In this document: positions 1 to 9,925 of the stretch, one piece after another
How the letters are laid out: every line of letters starts with the position of its first letter
Numbering within the stretch: the stretch's first letter is position 1
Assembly: GCF_008065095.1 (NCBI RefSeq)
Contig: NZ_CP042911.1
Location: 210,001-242,000 of the forward strand
Origin: Gemmata obscuriglobus
Lineage (GTDB): Bacteria > Planctomycetota > Planctomycetia > Gemmatales > Gemmataceae
Length of the DNA stretch: 32,000 nt
Reading direction: 5' to 3'
The notes under the pieces: model-generated
The model's input: the letters and a program-made list of their open reading frames with translations, nothing else
Database searches by the model: none
Told to the model about the DNA's origin: nothing
Translations under genes and position numbers: made by a program

Positions 1-1
1 C

Positions 2-373
2 TTCAAGGGGCCGGACCAGCAGAAGCTGGTGGGCAACTGCTCGGGCGGCGAGCGGAACCGGATTCACCTCGCGAAGCTGTTGCGCAGCAACGGCAACCTG
101 CTGTTATTAGACGAGCCGACCAACGACCTCGACGTGGACACGCTCCGCGCGCTGGAGGAGGCGCTCCTGAACTTCGGCGGCTGCGCGGTGGTGATCTCGC
201 ACGACCGCTGGTTCCTGGACCGCATCGCGACCCACATCCTGGCGTTCGAGGGCGACAGCAAGGTGGTCTGGTGCGACGGCAACTTCCAGGTGTATGAAGA
301 GCAGCGCAAGGCCCGGCTCGGCGCCGCCGCCGAACTGCCGACCCGGATCAAGTACCGGAAACTCACGAACTAA
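2..373 (+). CDS. ettA: ABC-F ATPase, C-terminal fragment (EttA-like translational throttle); the 5' end lies outside the window
   Basis: The frame is open from the window edge. It carries an ABC signature '[15 protein letters not shown]', Walker B '[12 protein letters not shown]' and H-loop '[15 protein letters not shown]'. The tail '[15 protein letters not shown]...IKYRKL' is typical of EttA/ABC-F C-termini. Confidence 0.85.
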   Translation, partial: FKGPDQQKLVGNCSGGERNRIHLAKLLRSNGNLLLLDEPTNDLDVDTLRALEEALLNFGGCAVVISHDRWFLDRIATHILAFEGDSKVVWCDGNFQVYEEQRKARLGAAAELPTRIKYRKLTN

Positions 374-545
374 GTTGCGGGTACAACGGAGACCGGCGTG
401 CCCGCGATCTTTACTGAAACGGTTCACGGCACCGCGGTCGAGGTCGCGCGACTGCTCAGCCAGCGATTGTGTTTGCCGGCTGAGCGACGCGCGAGCACCG
501 CGGCCCCGTGAATGACGGGTTCCGCGGGTGACGCTACGCAGAACA

Positions 546-779
546 ATGAGGTGCGGCATGTCGGGCAAGGCACCTGCCCTGAAAGGCGTCGTTCGTAACG
601 GCGTCGTGTTCGACGCGCCGACGAAGTTGCCGGATGGTACGGAGGTCGAAGTCATCGTCGCCCCACTCCCGTTCACGCCGGAGGAACAGGCCTAATTCGC
701 TGGTGGGGAATCGTTGGGCGACGAAGCCTGGGGCATGATTAACGAATGGGAGTGGGAGGGCGACCGTGCAACCGGGTGA
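546..779 (+). pseudogene. AF2212/DUF104-type antitoxin-like ORF. It reads 49 aa to a TAA at 693-695, and the same frame stays open to a TGA at 777-779.
   Basis: ATG at 546. 'GVVRNGVVFDAPTKLPDGTEVEVIVAPLP' parallels the intact antitoxin at 12765-13046 ('GIIRDGKVVLDGPVTLPEGTQVTIATPLP'). After the TAA the same frame reads 'FAGGESLGDEAWGMINEWEWEGDRATG*' and overlaps the GTG of the downstream toxin remnant. The 49-aa form could itself be full length. Confidence 0.4.
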
Positions 780-1019
780 GGTGTACTGGGTCGAGTTCCT
801 CCGAGCGGTGGACACGTGCCTGCCGGTCGCAGCCCCGGCGTCATCCTCCAAAACCATACAGCCGCCGCGGCCAATGTGCTGACCGCCGATTCTTACGCTC
901 TCGCGTTCCAGTTCGGTGCGACCAATCGGCTGCGGTTGGGTGACAAACTCGGCGACGTGTCGGCTGCGATTCTTGCCGAAATTTACAAGGCCCTCGACGC
1001 ACTCACTGGATCCCCATGA
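766..1019 (+). pseudogene. Degraded MazF/PemK-like toxin remnant (frameshift near 798 and a shortened core)
   Basis: Frame 1 from GTG 766 gives 'VQPGEVYWVEF'. Frame 0 from 798 gives 'PPSGGHVPAGRSPGVILQNH...DSYALAFQFGATNRLRLGDKLGDVSAAILAEIYKALDAL'. Joined, these resemble the MazF N-terminus (GxxYWVDF..G.E..G.RP.V.L) and C-terminus (RLG.kiG.ls...l.ei..AL), with about 30 aa of core missing. The stop overlaps the ATG of the next gene (ATGA at 1016-1019). Confidence 0.4.
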
Positions 1020-1699
1020 TCGAACTCCTCGACGCCGTGAAGACCTACACGCAGGGGCGGCGCACGGTGAACGCGGTTCGCGGGGTCACGCTCCGCGTCA
1101 ACAGCGGCGAGTTCGTGACCATCATGGGACCGTCCGGGTCCGGCAAATCCACCCTCATGCACCTGATGGGCGCGCTCGACACGCCCTCCGGCGGCCGGGC
1201 CGTGTTCCACGGGCAGGACCTGCAAACCATGTCCGACCGGCAGCGGTCGCTCTTGCGCCGCGACCGCATCGGGTTCGTGTTCCAGGCGTTCAACCTGTTG
1301 CCCACGCTCACCGCCGCCGAAAACGTTGCGCTGCCCCTGCTGCTCGCCGGAACGAACCGCCGGCAGGCGCTCCACCGCGCGGCCGAGTGCCTGGAGCGAG
1401 TGCTGCTCGCCCACCGGGCCGAGCACTTCCCCGACGAGATGTCCGGCGGGGAGATGCAGCGCGTCGCCGTGGCCCGCGCGCTCGTGGCCGACCCCGAGGC
1501 GGTGCTGTGCGACGAGCCCACCGGGAACCTCGACACCGCCGCGAGCCGCGAAATCCTGACGCTGCTCTCGAAGCTCCCGGAGCCGGGCAAGCGGGCGGTC
1601 ATCATGGTCACCCACGACCCCAACGGGGCGTCTTACGGCACCCGCCTCGTGCGCATCCGGGACGGGTTGCTCGAGTCGGACGAGGCGGTCCGCAAGTGA
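1016..1699 (+). CDS. ABC transporter ATP-binding protein (MacB/LolD/FtsE family)
   Basis: Walker A 'GPSGSGKST', Q-loop 'FVFQAFNLLP', signature 'MSGGEMQRVAVARAL', Walker B 'VLCDEPTGNLD' and H-loop 'VTHD'. Confidence 0.95.
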   Translation: MIELLDAVKTYTQGRRTVNAVRGVTLRVNSGEFVTIMGPSGSGKSTLMHLMGALDTPSGGRAVFHGQDLQTMSDRQRSLLRRDRIGFVFQAFNLLPTLTAAENVALPLLLAGTNRRQALHRAAECLERVLLAHRAEHFPDEMSGGEMQRVAVARALVADPEAVLCDEPTGNLDTAASREILTLLSKLPEPGKRAVIMVTHDPNGASYGTRLVRIRDGLLESDEAVRK

Positions 1700-1806
1700 T
1701 CCGGCCCGCCTGCCGCGCGGCCGGCGCCGCCTGTGAAGACAGCAACACTGGTCCGCACCGGGCCGCCGCGCGCCGGTGCCCGTGACATCCATTCAAGGGC
1801 CGCCGC

Positions 1807-4545
1807 ATGTCGGTGTACCGTCTGCTGGCCGTGCGCTACCTGTTCCAGCGGTGGGACCGGGCCGTGCTCATCATCTCGAGCATCGCCCTGGGCGTCGCCA
1901 CGCTCGTGTCCGCGCGCATCCTCAACCAGTGCTTCGAGATCGCGGCCCAGGGCACCACCACGCCCGCCGGCAGCGCCGAGCTGTACGTCACCAACGGCGA
2001 GGCCGGCGTCGCCCGCGCGCTCGCGGACGAGCTCCGCGCGGCCAAGGTGCCGGGGGTGAAGTCTGTTCAGCCGCTGGTGGTCGAACGGGTCTCGCTCCCC
2101 GACCTCGACGGGCGGGTCGCGGTTCTGGTGGGCGCGGAGGTGTCGTCCCAGCTCCTCACCGACAACAACTCCCTCAAGGTGAAGGTGACCCCGGTCGGCG
2201 ACATCCCGAAGTGGCAGCTCCTCCCGGTGCTCGCCGCGGTTAAGGACGGCGACCTCACCAGGGCCGGCGATTTGTGGGACCGCATCCCGGCGCGGCTGGC
2301 GATGGTCAGCCGGTCGATCTACGAGGACTGGAACGGCCGGTGCCAGACCGCGCTCGCCGCAGGCCAGCCTGCGCCGCCGTTCGTGGTGCGCCACGCCAAC
2401 CGCGACGCCGTGTGCCTGCCGATCGGCGTCGTGGACTTCGAAGCGGACTCCCCGCTCGCCCCGATGGGCAAGAGCTTCATCGGCATGAGCGTCGGCCAGG
2501 CGCTCGGCGTGGTGCGCCCCGCGCCGCCCTACGCCGCGGTCGGCGGCGCCGCGGGCGCGGGCGCGGCGGAATCGCCGTACCCCCCGAAGGTGAACCGCAT
2601 CGACCTCTTTTTGGAGCCGGGCGCCGATCCGGAAACCGTCCTCGCCGCCGCGGCCCAGGTGGTCGGCCGCCGTGCGGAGGTCCGCACCCCCGACGCCCAG
2701 CGCCGCAGCACCCAGGAGATCGTCACCGGGATCCAGGTGGGCGTGCTGATGTGCTCGCTGGGGGCGATGATTATCGGGCTGTTCCTCGTGTACAACGCGA
2801 TGTCGGTCACCGTCGCGGAGCGCAGGGCGGACATCGGCGTGCTCCGCTCCATCGGGGCCACGCGCACGCAAATCGTGGTGCTGTTCTCGGCCGCGTCCGC
2901 GGCGCTTGGGTTCGTCGGCGCGGTGCTCGGGGTGCCGCTCGGCATGCTCCTCGCGGAACTCACCGTCCGCCAGTTCCGCAGCGAACTGGAGTCGATGTTC
3001 CTGAACCCCGAGGTGCGGCTCACACACCTCTCGTGGGCGACCGCCGCCGCGGCCGTGGCCGCCGGGACCGGGACCGCCGTGTTCGCCGCGCTGGTCCCGG
3101 CGCTTCAGGCCGCCGGCGACGACCCGGCGCACGTCGTCCGCCGCTCCACGGGTAGCGTCAAGGGCATCTGGAACGTGCTCCACCGCTCCGCGTGCCTCTC
3201 GCTGATCGTGACCGGGGCGGCGATGATTCTCCTCCGGTTCAACCTGCCCTCTCGCGTGGGGTCGGTCGGTGGGCTCACCCTCGTTCTGGTCGGGCTGCTG
3301 CTGGCGTCGCCGATTCTGGTCGCGGTGATGGTTCGGCTGGCGCGGCCGGTCGTGCGCGCGACGGCCCCGTTCACGCTCCGGCTCGCGTTCGACAACCTGT
3401 CCCGCGCGCCGGGCCGGACGGGCGTGGTGATCGGCGCGCTGGGGGCCGGGGTCGCGCTGATGTTCCAGACCGCCGGCGTGGGCCGCAGCAACGAGGAGCC
3501 GATTCTGTCGTGGATCGAGCAGGTGGTTCAGGCGGACCACTTCGTGTTCAACGGGAACATGACCTCCGCGAACAGCTCGAACAGCCCGATGTCGGCGAAC
3601 GTCGCCGGCGACCTGAAGGGGCTGCCCGGGGTCGAGGACGTGATGAGCATCCGGTACTTCCGGCCCGAGTACAACGGGACCGTCGTGTACCTCGTGGCGC
3701 TCGACGTGAAGACCTACGCGGGCACGATGCGGCACCGCGCCCCGGAACTGGCGTCGGACCTGGAGGTGTTCCCCGAACTGGACGACACCCACCCCGACCA
3801 CAGCGGCGCGAACAAGGTACTGGTGAGCCACAACTTCGTGGAACGGCACAAGGTGAAGGTGGGCGACACCATCCTCGTCCCCGGCCCGCGCGGCCCGGTG
3901 CCGCTCGTCATCGTCGGGGCGGTGCGGGACTACTCGTGGAGCCGCGGCACCATCTTCCTCGACCGCGCCCGGTACGCCAAACTGTTCGGGGACAACCTGA
4001 TCGACATCTGCCACGTGTTCGTGAAGCCCGGCGCGACCGCGGGCGCGGAGCCCGCGCTGGACCGGTACGCCGCGGACAAGGGGCTGTTCGTGACCGACCG
4101 GTTCTCGCTCCGCAAGTTTCTCTCCGAGCTGTTGAACCGTGTGTACGTCCTGGCGTACATGCAGCAACTTCTGGTGGGGGTGGTGGCGGCGCTAGGAGTG
4201 GTCACCGCGCTGCTCATTTCGGTGCTCCAGCGCAAACGTGAACTCGGGCTGCTGCTCGCGGTGGGGGCCACCCCGGGCCAAGTGCTGCTGTCGGTGCTGG
4301 CCGAAGCGTTTCTGATGGGCGCGTTCGGCACGGTCCTCGGCGTCCTTATCGGGCTGCCGATGGAATGGTACGTTCTAAAAGTGATGTTCGTGGACGAGTC
4401 CGGCTTCAACCTCGACATGCTGATCCCGTGGAAGGCGACCCTGGGCATCGCGAGCGCATCGATTACGCTCGCGACGCTCGCGGGATTGCTCCCGGCGTGG
4501 CGCGCGATTCAAACTCGCATCCCGGACGCCATGCAATACGAGTGA
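1807..4545 (+). CDS. Duplicated FtsX/MacB-type ABC transporter permease (912 aa)
   Basis: ATG at 1807. There are two FtsX-like 4-TM modules ('...RRADIGVLRSIGATRTQIVVLF...' and '...KRELGLLLAVGATPGQVLLSVL...'). Each is preceded by a large extracytoplasmic domain. The gene follows the ABC ATPase. Confidence 0.9.
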   Translation: MSVYRLLAVRYLFQRWDRAVLIISSIALGVATLVSARILNQCFEIAAQGTTTPAGSAELYVTNGEAGVARALADELRAAKVPGVKSVQPLVVERVSLPDLDGRVAVLVGAEVSSQLLTDNNSLKVKVTPVGDIPKWQLLPVLAAVKDGDLTRAGDLWDRIPARLAMVSRSIYEDWNGRCQTALAAGQPAPPFVVRHANRDAVCLPIGVVDFEADSPLAPMGKSFIGMSVGQALGVVRPAPPYAAVGGAAGAGAAESPYPPKVNRIDLFLEPGADPETVLAAAAQVVGRRAEVRTPDAQRRSTQEIVTGIQVGVLMCSLGAMIIGLFLVYNAMSVTVAERRADIGVLRSIGATRTQIVVLFSAASAALGFVGAVLGVPLGMLLAELTVRQFRSELESMFLNPEVRLTHLSWATAAAAVAAGTGTAVFAALVPALQAAGDDPAHVVRRSTGSVKGIWNVLHRSACLSLIVTGAAMILLRFNLPSRVGSVGGLTLVLVGLLLASPILVAVMVRLARPVVRATAPFTLRLAFDNLSRAPGRTGVVIGALGAGVALMFQTAGVGRSNEEPILSWIEQVVQADHFVFNGNMTSANSSNSPMSANVAGDLKGLPGVEDVMSIRYFRPEYNGTVVYLVALDVKTYAGTMRHRAPELASDLEVFPELDDTHPDHSGANKVLVSHNFVERHKVKVGDTILVPGPRGPVPLVIVGAVRDYSWSRGTIFLDRARYAKLFGDNLIDICHVFVKPGATAGAEPALDRYAADKGLFVTDRFSLRKFLSELLNRVYVLAYMQQLLVGVVAALGVVTALLISVLQRKRELGLLLAVGATPGQVLLSVLAEAFLMGAFGTVLGVLIGLPMEWYVLKVMFVDESGFNLDMLIPWKATLGIASASITLATLAGLLPAWRAIQTRIPDAMQYE

Positions 4546-4563
4546 GCAGAACGCGGAATGCGG

Positions 4564-4619
4564 AACGCGGCGTTGCAGACCGTAACCACCTCGCTGGTTA
4601 CGGTCTGCAACGCCGCGTT
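4564..4619 (+). terminator. Intrinsic terminator after the ABC permease
   Basis: Perfect 24-bp stem (4564-4587 'aacgcggcgttgcagaccgtaacc' pairs with 4596-4619) and an 8-nt loop, followed by 'ttgtgtt'. Confidence 0.8.
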
Positions 4620-4763
4620 TTGTGTTCCGTACTTCGCACTTAGCTGGTGCGCGTTTCCTGAGCTAGATCTATGGCACTTTCAGGCACGGCATGATACTCT
4701 GTTATTGTGCGGAGCAAGTTCTAAACGGCGATCGCGGCTTCCTCTCCCGGAAGCGTTTACTCA

Positions 4764-5870
<1,107 letters not shown>

Positions 5871-5945
5871 GGTCGCTCCCGCAGCGTCCGCTCCGCCGGC
5901 CCGCGGTAGAATCACTTCGGCCGTCGAACCGGTGGGAGGGGCGTC

Positions 5946-6401
5946 ATGCGTTGCGGGGCAGCCTTCGTGCTTGTAGTGGCTCTGTGTGTCGCGCTGCGCG
6001 GCACCGCGGACGACAAAAAGGGTGAGAAGCCACTCGATCCCGAGCTGAAGAAGCTTCAAGGTCGGTGGGAGCTGACGTACCACGAGACCGCAGGGCAGGA
6101 AGACACCAAAGAGTGCAAATGGGTGATGGTGGTGGACGGTGATCGGTGGACGGTGACGGACGGGGACGGCGGCACCTCGAAGGGAACACTTCGCCTGGAT
6201 CCGGCCAAGAAGCCCAAACAGCTTACGTACACAATCACCGGGGCCGACGGCGATCAGGAGTTCATTGGCATCTACGAACTGGACGGAGACACGTACAAGA
6301 CCTGCGACGTGGCCAAGGGCAAGGAGCGGCCGACCGAGTTCGCGACGAAGGAAGAAACCGGTCAGGTCGCGGCCTGGAAGCGCGTTAAGGTGAAGGACTG
6401 A
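5946..6401 (+). CDS. Secreted TIGR03067-type (Planctomycetes-specific, lipocalin-like) domain protein
   Basis: SD 'gggagggg' and ATG. Signal peptide 'MRCGAAFVLVVALCVAL'. 'LQGRWELTYHETAG...' and 'KPKQLTYTI...GIYELDGDTYKTC...RPTEF' match the family pattern as I recall it. Confidence 0.7.
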   Translation: MRCGAAFVLVVALCVALRGTADDKKGEKPLDPELKKLQGRWELTYHETAGQEDTKECKWVMVVDGDRWTVTDGDGGTSKGTLRLDPAKKPKQLTYTITGADGDQEFIGIYELDGDTYKTCDVAKGKERPTEFATKEETGQVAAWKRVKVKD

Positions 6402-6406
6402 GCGCC

Positions 6407-7006
6407 GTGTTCCCCGTTCTCCTCGATCTGACGGACAGACGGACGGTCGTCATCGGTGGCGGCGCCGTCGGCGCACGAAAGGTGTCGGCGCTCCTCGCCG
6501 TGGGGGCGGCCGTATGTGTGGTTGATCCGCGCGGTGCTCTCACGCTCCCGCCCGAAGTGGTTCACATTGGCGAAGCGTATCGGGCCGAACATCTCGAAGG
6601 TGCGGCTGTGGCGTTCGCGTGTGCGACTCCCGAGGTGAACGCCCAGGTCGTCGTGGACGCCAAGAAGCGGGGCGTATGGGTTAACGCTGCCTCTTCCCCT
6701 CATGAGGGCGATTTCACGCTGCCCGCGGTGGTGCGCCGCGGCGAGTTTACGCTGGCGGTGAACACCGGCGGGGCGTCGCCGGCGCTGGCCCGGCGGGTGC
6801 GCGAACGGCTCGAAGCCGAATACGACGCGGCGTTCGGGGAGTGGGTGCGGGTGCTCGCCGAGCTGCGCGCCGAGGTGCTGGCGCGGGTGCCGGATGAGGC
6901 CCGGCGGCGGGAACTACTCGACGGGTTCGCGGATTGGAGTTGGCTGGAGCGGTTGCGGACCGAAGGGGTCGGACCGGTGCGCGAGGCGATGCTCGCGCGG
7001 TTGTAG
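6407..7006 (+). CDS. Precorrin-2 dehydrogenase / sirohydrochlorin ferrochelatase (siroheme synthase N-terminal type; SirC/CysG-N/Met8-like)
   Basis: The GTG start lies 5 nt after the upstream stop. Rossmann motif 'FPVLLDLTDRRTVVIGGGAVGARKVSALL'. Size is about 200 aa. Confidence 0.85.
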   Translation: MFPVLLDLTDRRTVVIGGGAVGARKVSALLAVGAAVCVVDPRGALTLPPEVVHIGEAYRAEHLEGAAVAFACATPEVNAQVVVDAKKRGVWVNAASSPHEGDFTLPAVVRRGEFTLAVNTGGASPALARRVRERLEAEYDAAFGEWVRVLAELRAEVLARVPDEARRRELLDGFADWSWLERLRTEGVGPVREAMLARL

Positions 7007-7023
7007 AACTGGCTCTCTACCGC

Positions 7024-8061
7024 CTACGATTCGGGCAGCACCTTCCCGCGGGCCGCGAGCAACCTACCGAGCTGGTCGGCGCTCAGCCGCGGGTCGTCGG
7101 TCAGCAGCGTGCCGAGTTCGGTAAGGATAAAGTCTTCCAGCTCTTCGCCGTCCCACCCGTCCGCGATCAACTTTCCGCCGATGTGCTCGAGCGCGCGGTC
7201 GCGGAGCTTGTCCGTGCGGCGGGTCAGGGTGCCCTCGTTCAGCCCGAACAGCTTCGCCGCCTCGCGCTGGCTCAACCGGTAGCGCCACCGCAGCCCGAGC
7301 AGCAGGCGCTCGTCGTCGTCGATGGTGCCGAGCCACTCGCGGGCCGCCGAGACGAACGTCTCGTGCCACCGGTCGGAGGCGTTCGCCTTCGGCCCGGTGT
7401 TCATCGGCAGCGCGATCTCGTCGTCGGGCAGCGCGGTCACCCCGGCGTGCTGCCGGAGCTTCGACAGGTGCCAGTTCTGGAACACGCGGATCAGCCAGGG
7501 CGCCAGCGGGCGCTGGCCGTCGTACCGCGCCAGCACCGGGAGCGTGCCCTCGCTCTCGGGGGCGATCAGGTTGCTCCAAAACTCGGACACGGCCGTTTCC
7601 TGGCGCTCCTCGTTCCGCGGGTACAGGCGCACCGCCCGCGCCCGGAACGCGTCCACGAGCAAGCAGTCGCTCCGCCCTGTGCGGGCGTTGAACAGCGACT
7701 CCCACGCGGCGCTCTGCCCCTCCAAACACCCGACACACACCAGCCAGTCCACCGCGTACAGCCCTTCGAGGTACGCGGCCCAACTGACCGCCCCTTCGGC
7801 CTTGGGCAGAAAGATGCCGAACGTGCGCCGGAGGTGGGCGAGGAACGTACTTTCCGAGAGCTTCACTGCAGGTAACTGCAGACGGGTGAAGTGGTAAAGT
7901 ACCGTGACCCGGCCGCGGTCCGCGGGGCTGAGCGTCGGCGGGTCCGCGGGTGGCGTCGATGAACTCACGTGACCGGTCCGGTGCGGATGAATCCAGACTC
8001 TCTTATGATACGCATTTCGGCCCGGGGTTCGCATACCGCCCGGGCGCCGGGGCCGGTTCAC
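7024..8061 (-). CDS. Sigma-70 family (ECF-like) RNA polymerase sigma factor; start uncertain (GTG 8061, ATG 8034 or GTG 7968)
   Basis: Region-2-like 'LARYDGQRPLAPWLIRVFQNWHLSKLR'. Region-4 HTH 'LLLGLRWRYRLSQREAAKLFGLNEGTLTRRTDKLRDRAL'. The GTG at 8061 overlaps the stop of the upstream MCE gene (GTGA). Confidence 0.75.
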   Translation of the reverse strand: MNRPRRPGGMRTPGRNAYHKRVWIHPHRTGHVSSSTPPADPPTLSPADRGRVTVLYHFTRLQLPAVKLSESTFLAHLRRTFGIFLPKAEGAVSWAAYLEGLYAVDWLVCVGCLEGQSAAWESLFNARTGRSDCLLVDAFRARAVRLYPRNEERQETAVSEFWSNLIAPESEGTLPVLARYDGQRPLAPWLIRVFQNWHLSKLRQHAGVTALPDDEIALPMNTGPKANASDRWHETFVSAAREWLGTIDDDERLLLGLRWRYRLSQREAAKLFGLNEGTLTRRTDKLRDRALEHIGGKLIADGWDGEELEDFILTELGTLLTDDPRLSADQLGRLLAARGKVLPES

Positions 8062-9275
8062 CGCGGGGTGAACGTTAAAATCTGAACGTTGGACGGCGCG
8101 TCCGGTGCCGGCTCCGCGGGCGACAGGCCGGTGCCCATCCCCAGCGGCGTGACCTTCCGCCGGCTGAACGTACCGAGCTTCGTCGCCCCCGCGCTCTTGA
8201 GGTGTTCGGCCACGACTTCCGCCTGCTTGCGGGTCAATTCCAGAGCCACCGCCGGGACGATGTGCTTGTCCCGCGGGTCGTGGAAGGCGGCCACGATCAC
8301 CTCGGACCCCGCGACCCGGTTCTGGTTGAGCCAGTCGGCCACGCCATCCATGTGCCGCCGGCCCTCGGGCGTGAGCGTCGCGGTGCCGGGCTCGAAGATG
8401 TCCTTGGATTGGAAGAGCGCCTGGTGCCGGTTCATTGTCGGGCGGACGAGCAGCGCGACCGAGTCCTCGACGTAGCTGCGCACGATTGGCATCTTGCTGA
8501 GCGCGTCGGCCCCCTGTCTTACGGACCGGAGGGTGTCGCGGCCGTCGGAGACGAACCCGTTCAGGTTGCCCATCTCGGCTTCCATACCGACCAGCACCTT
8601 GCGCAGCGTTGCCAACGTGCCCCGCGCGTCCTCGTACAAGGCGTCGTCGCTGACGAGCTTCGCCAGCGTTCCGTTGCTGTCCTCGACGCCCTTGATGAAG
8701 CTCTTCGCCGCCGCGACCGTTTCGCGCGACTCGGCGGCGAGCTGTTTGACTTCCGCCGCGGTGCCCTTGGCCTCTTTTGCGAGATCGCGCACCTCAGCGA
8801 CGGCCTCTTCGATCTGGAAAGGCTTTACTCCGCGGAGCCGGCCGCCCGCCAGAACGCCCTTTGTCGGGTCGCCGGGGCGAACGCTGATGACTTTCGATCC
8901 GAGCAACCCGGTGCCGTGGACCTGCGCGTCCGCGTCGGCGTACAGGCGGCTCGCGTACCGCGCCTGGATCTTCATGCGAACCGTGACCTCGGCGCCGGGG
9001 CCGTCGTGGTCCGGGTACTCGACCGCGACCACTTGGCCGGCGTCGACGCCGCGCAAGCGGACCGGCGTTCCCGGGGTGATGTCGTGAGCTTCGGGAAAGC
9101 CCGCGGTCAGTTCGACCGTGTCGGCCCAGACACCCTGTTTGTCGGCAATGCAGGTAATACCGTACCCGCCGAGCGTCAGGGCCACCAAAACGACCAGCCC
9201 CAGAGCAACAGCCTGCCGGCGCGACAGCGATTGTGACACGGGAACGCGCTCCGTCGGTGTGCAACGACGCGACAT
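8058..9275 (-). CDS. MCE/MlaD-domain protein with a C-terminal OmpA/MotB-like domain
   Basis: N-terminal TM 'AVALGLVVLVALTLGGYG'. MlaD core 'ELTAGFPEAHDITPGTPVRLRGVDAGQVVAV...LGSKVISVRPG'. A helical middle follows. C-terminus 'IFEPGTATLTPEGRRHMDGVADWL...VIVAAFHD...LELTRKQAEVVAEHLKSAG' is OmpA_C-like but lacks the canonical GHTD. Confidence 0.8.
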   Translation of the reverse strand: MSRRCTPTERVPVSQSLSRRQAVALGLVVLVALTLGGYGITCIADKQGVWADTVELTAGFPEAHDITPGTPVRLRGVDAGQVVAVEYPDHDGPGAEVTVRMKIQARYASRLYADADAQVHGTGLLGSKVISVRPGDPTKGVLAGGRLRGVKPFQIEEAVAEVRDLAKEAKGTAAEVKQLAAESRETVAAAKSFIKGVEDSNGTLAKLVSDDALYEDARGTLATLRKVLVGMEAEMGNLNGFVSDGRDTLRSVRQGADALSKMPIVRSYVEDSVALLVRPTMNRHQALFQSKDIFEPGTATLTPEGRRHMDGVADWLNQNRVAGSEVIVAAFHDPRDKHIVPAVALELTRKQAEVVAEHLKSAGATKLGTFSRRKVTPLGMGTGLSPAEPAPDAPSNVQILTFTPR

Positions 9276-9328
9276 TATACCCTTCGCTGTGTCCTCGATC
9301 GTCTTGTGCTTTTACTCCGAAGTGAAAA

Positions 9329-9368
9329 CGCGAGGGGGCGATGGGTTTCAGCCCGCCGCCCCCTCGTG
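9329..9368 (-). terminator. Intrinsic terminator of the small sigma-54-driven gene
   Basis: Stem 'cgagggggcg' (9331-9340) pairs with 'cgccccctcg' (9357-9366), with an inner ggg/ccc pair. On the minus strand it is followed by 'cgTTTTCactt'. Confidence 0.6.
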
Positions 9369-9399
9369 AAAAATCTTGCGCGGTTGCGCGCGACCGGTG

Positions 9400-9663
9400 T
9401 CACACGTCCTCGCCCTGCTCGAACCCCACACGGACGGCCGCACGAACCCAGTCCCATTCGGTGGTTTCGCCGCGCTGATACCAGCCGGAACTCAGTTCGG
9501 CTTCCACAGCTCGAAACGACATCCCCCAGAACTGTTCGCGGGCGCGCTCGCCGTACCGCATCGCGCGCCGCAGGGCGGCCGGATCGACCGATTGCGGCTG
9601 AGTTGCCGCCCCGCCAAACAAATTGGTGCTCAGATCGGTCGCATCATCGGAGCGGTCGCGCAT
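9400..9663 (-). CDS. Hypothetical 87-aa protein with no recognisable domain
   Basis: ATG at 9663 with SD 'acGGAGAaccggcg'. It sits between a consensus sigma-54 promoter and a terminator. The track's longer start at 9720 (GTG) would overlap the promoter. Confidence 0.55.
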   Translation of the reverse strand: MRDRSDDATDLSTNLFGGAATQPQSVDPAALRRAMRYGERAREQFWGMSFRAVEAELSSGWYQRGETTEWDWVRAAVRVGFEQGEDV

Positions 9664-9704
9664 CGCCGGTTCTCCGTAGCTTCTGGGGCAACGTAAAGTT
9701 GTGA

Positions 9705-9719
9705 GCAAGAAAAGTGCCA
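9705..9719 (-). promoter_or_regulatory. Sigma-54 (-24/-12) promoter
   Basis: The minus strand reads gTGGCACttttcTTGCt, a perfect TGGCAC-N5-TTGC with GG-N10-GC spacing. The -12 GC lies 41 nt upstream of the ATG at 9663. It is the only perfect match I found. Confidence 0.65.
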
Positions 9720-9925
9720 CAAAAGATGGGCGATTGGTATCCCGTTCGCACTAGGGACTAACGGAGCTGCAGTTCGCGCCCAGGTTACACAGACACCGCG
9801 GATGCGAACTTTCTCCTCAACACACAGAGAAATGGGAAGCGCCGGTCTGGCCCGCCAAAAGAATCGGAAACCAGAGTGGCGGCCTCACGCGTTTCGTTTC
9901 TCAGACTTCAATCGGGGGAAAAGTC

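Noticed and set aside
4672-4686. TGGCAC in the intergenic region upstream of the sigma-54 activator gene (tggcactttcaggca)
   Set aside because: The GG-to-GC spacing is 9 nt rather than 10, and there is no TTGC. This does not fit the strict sigma-54 geometry.
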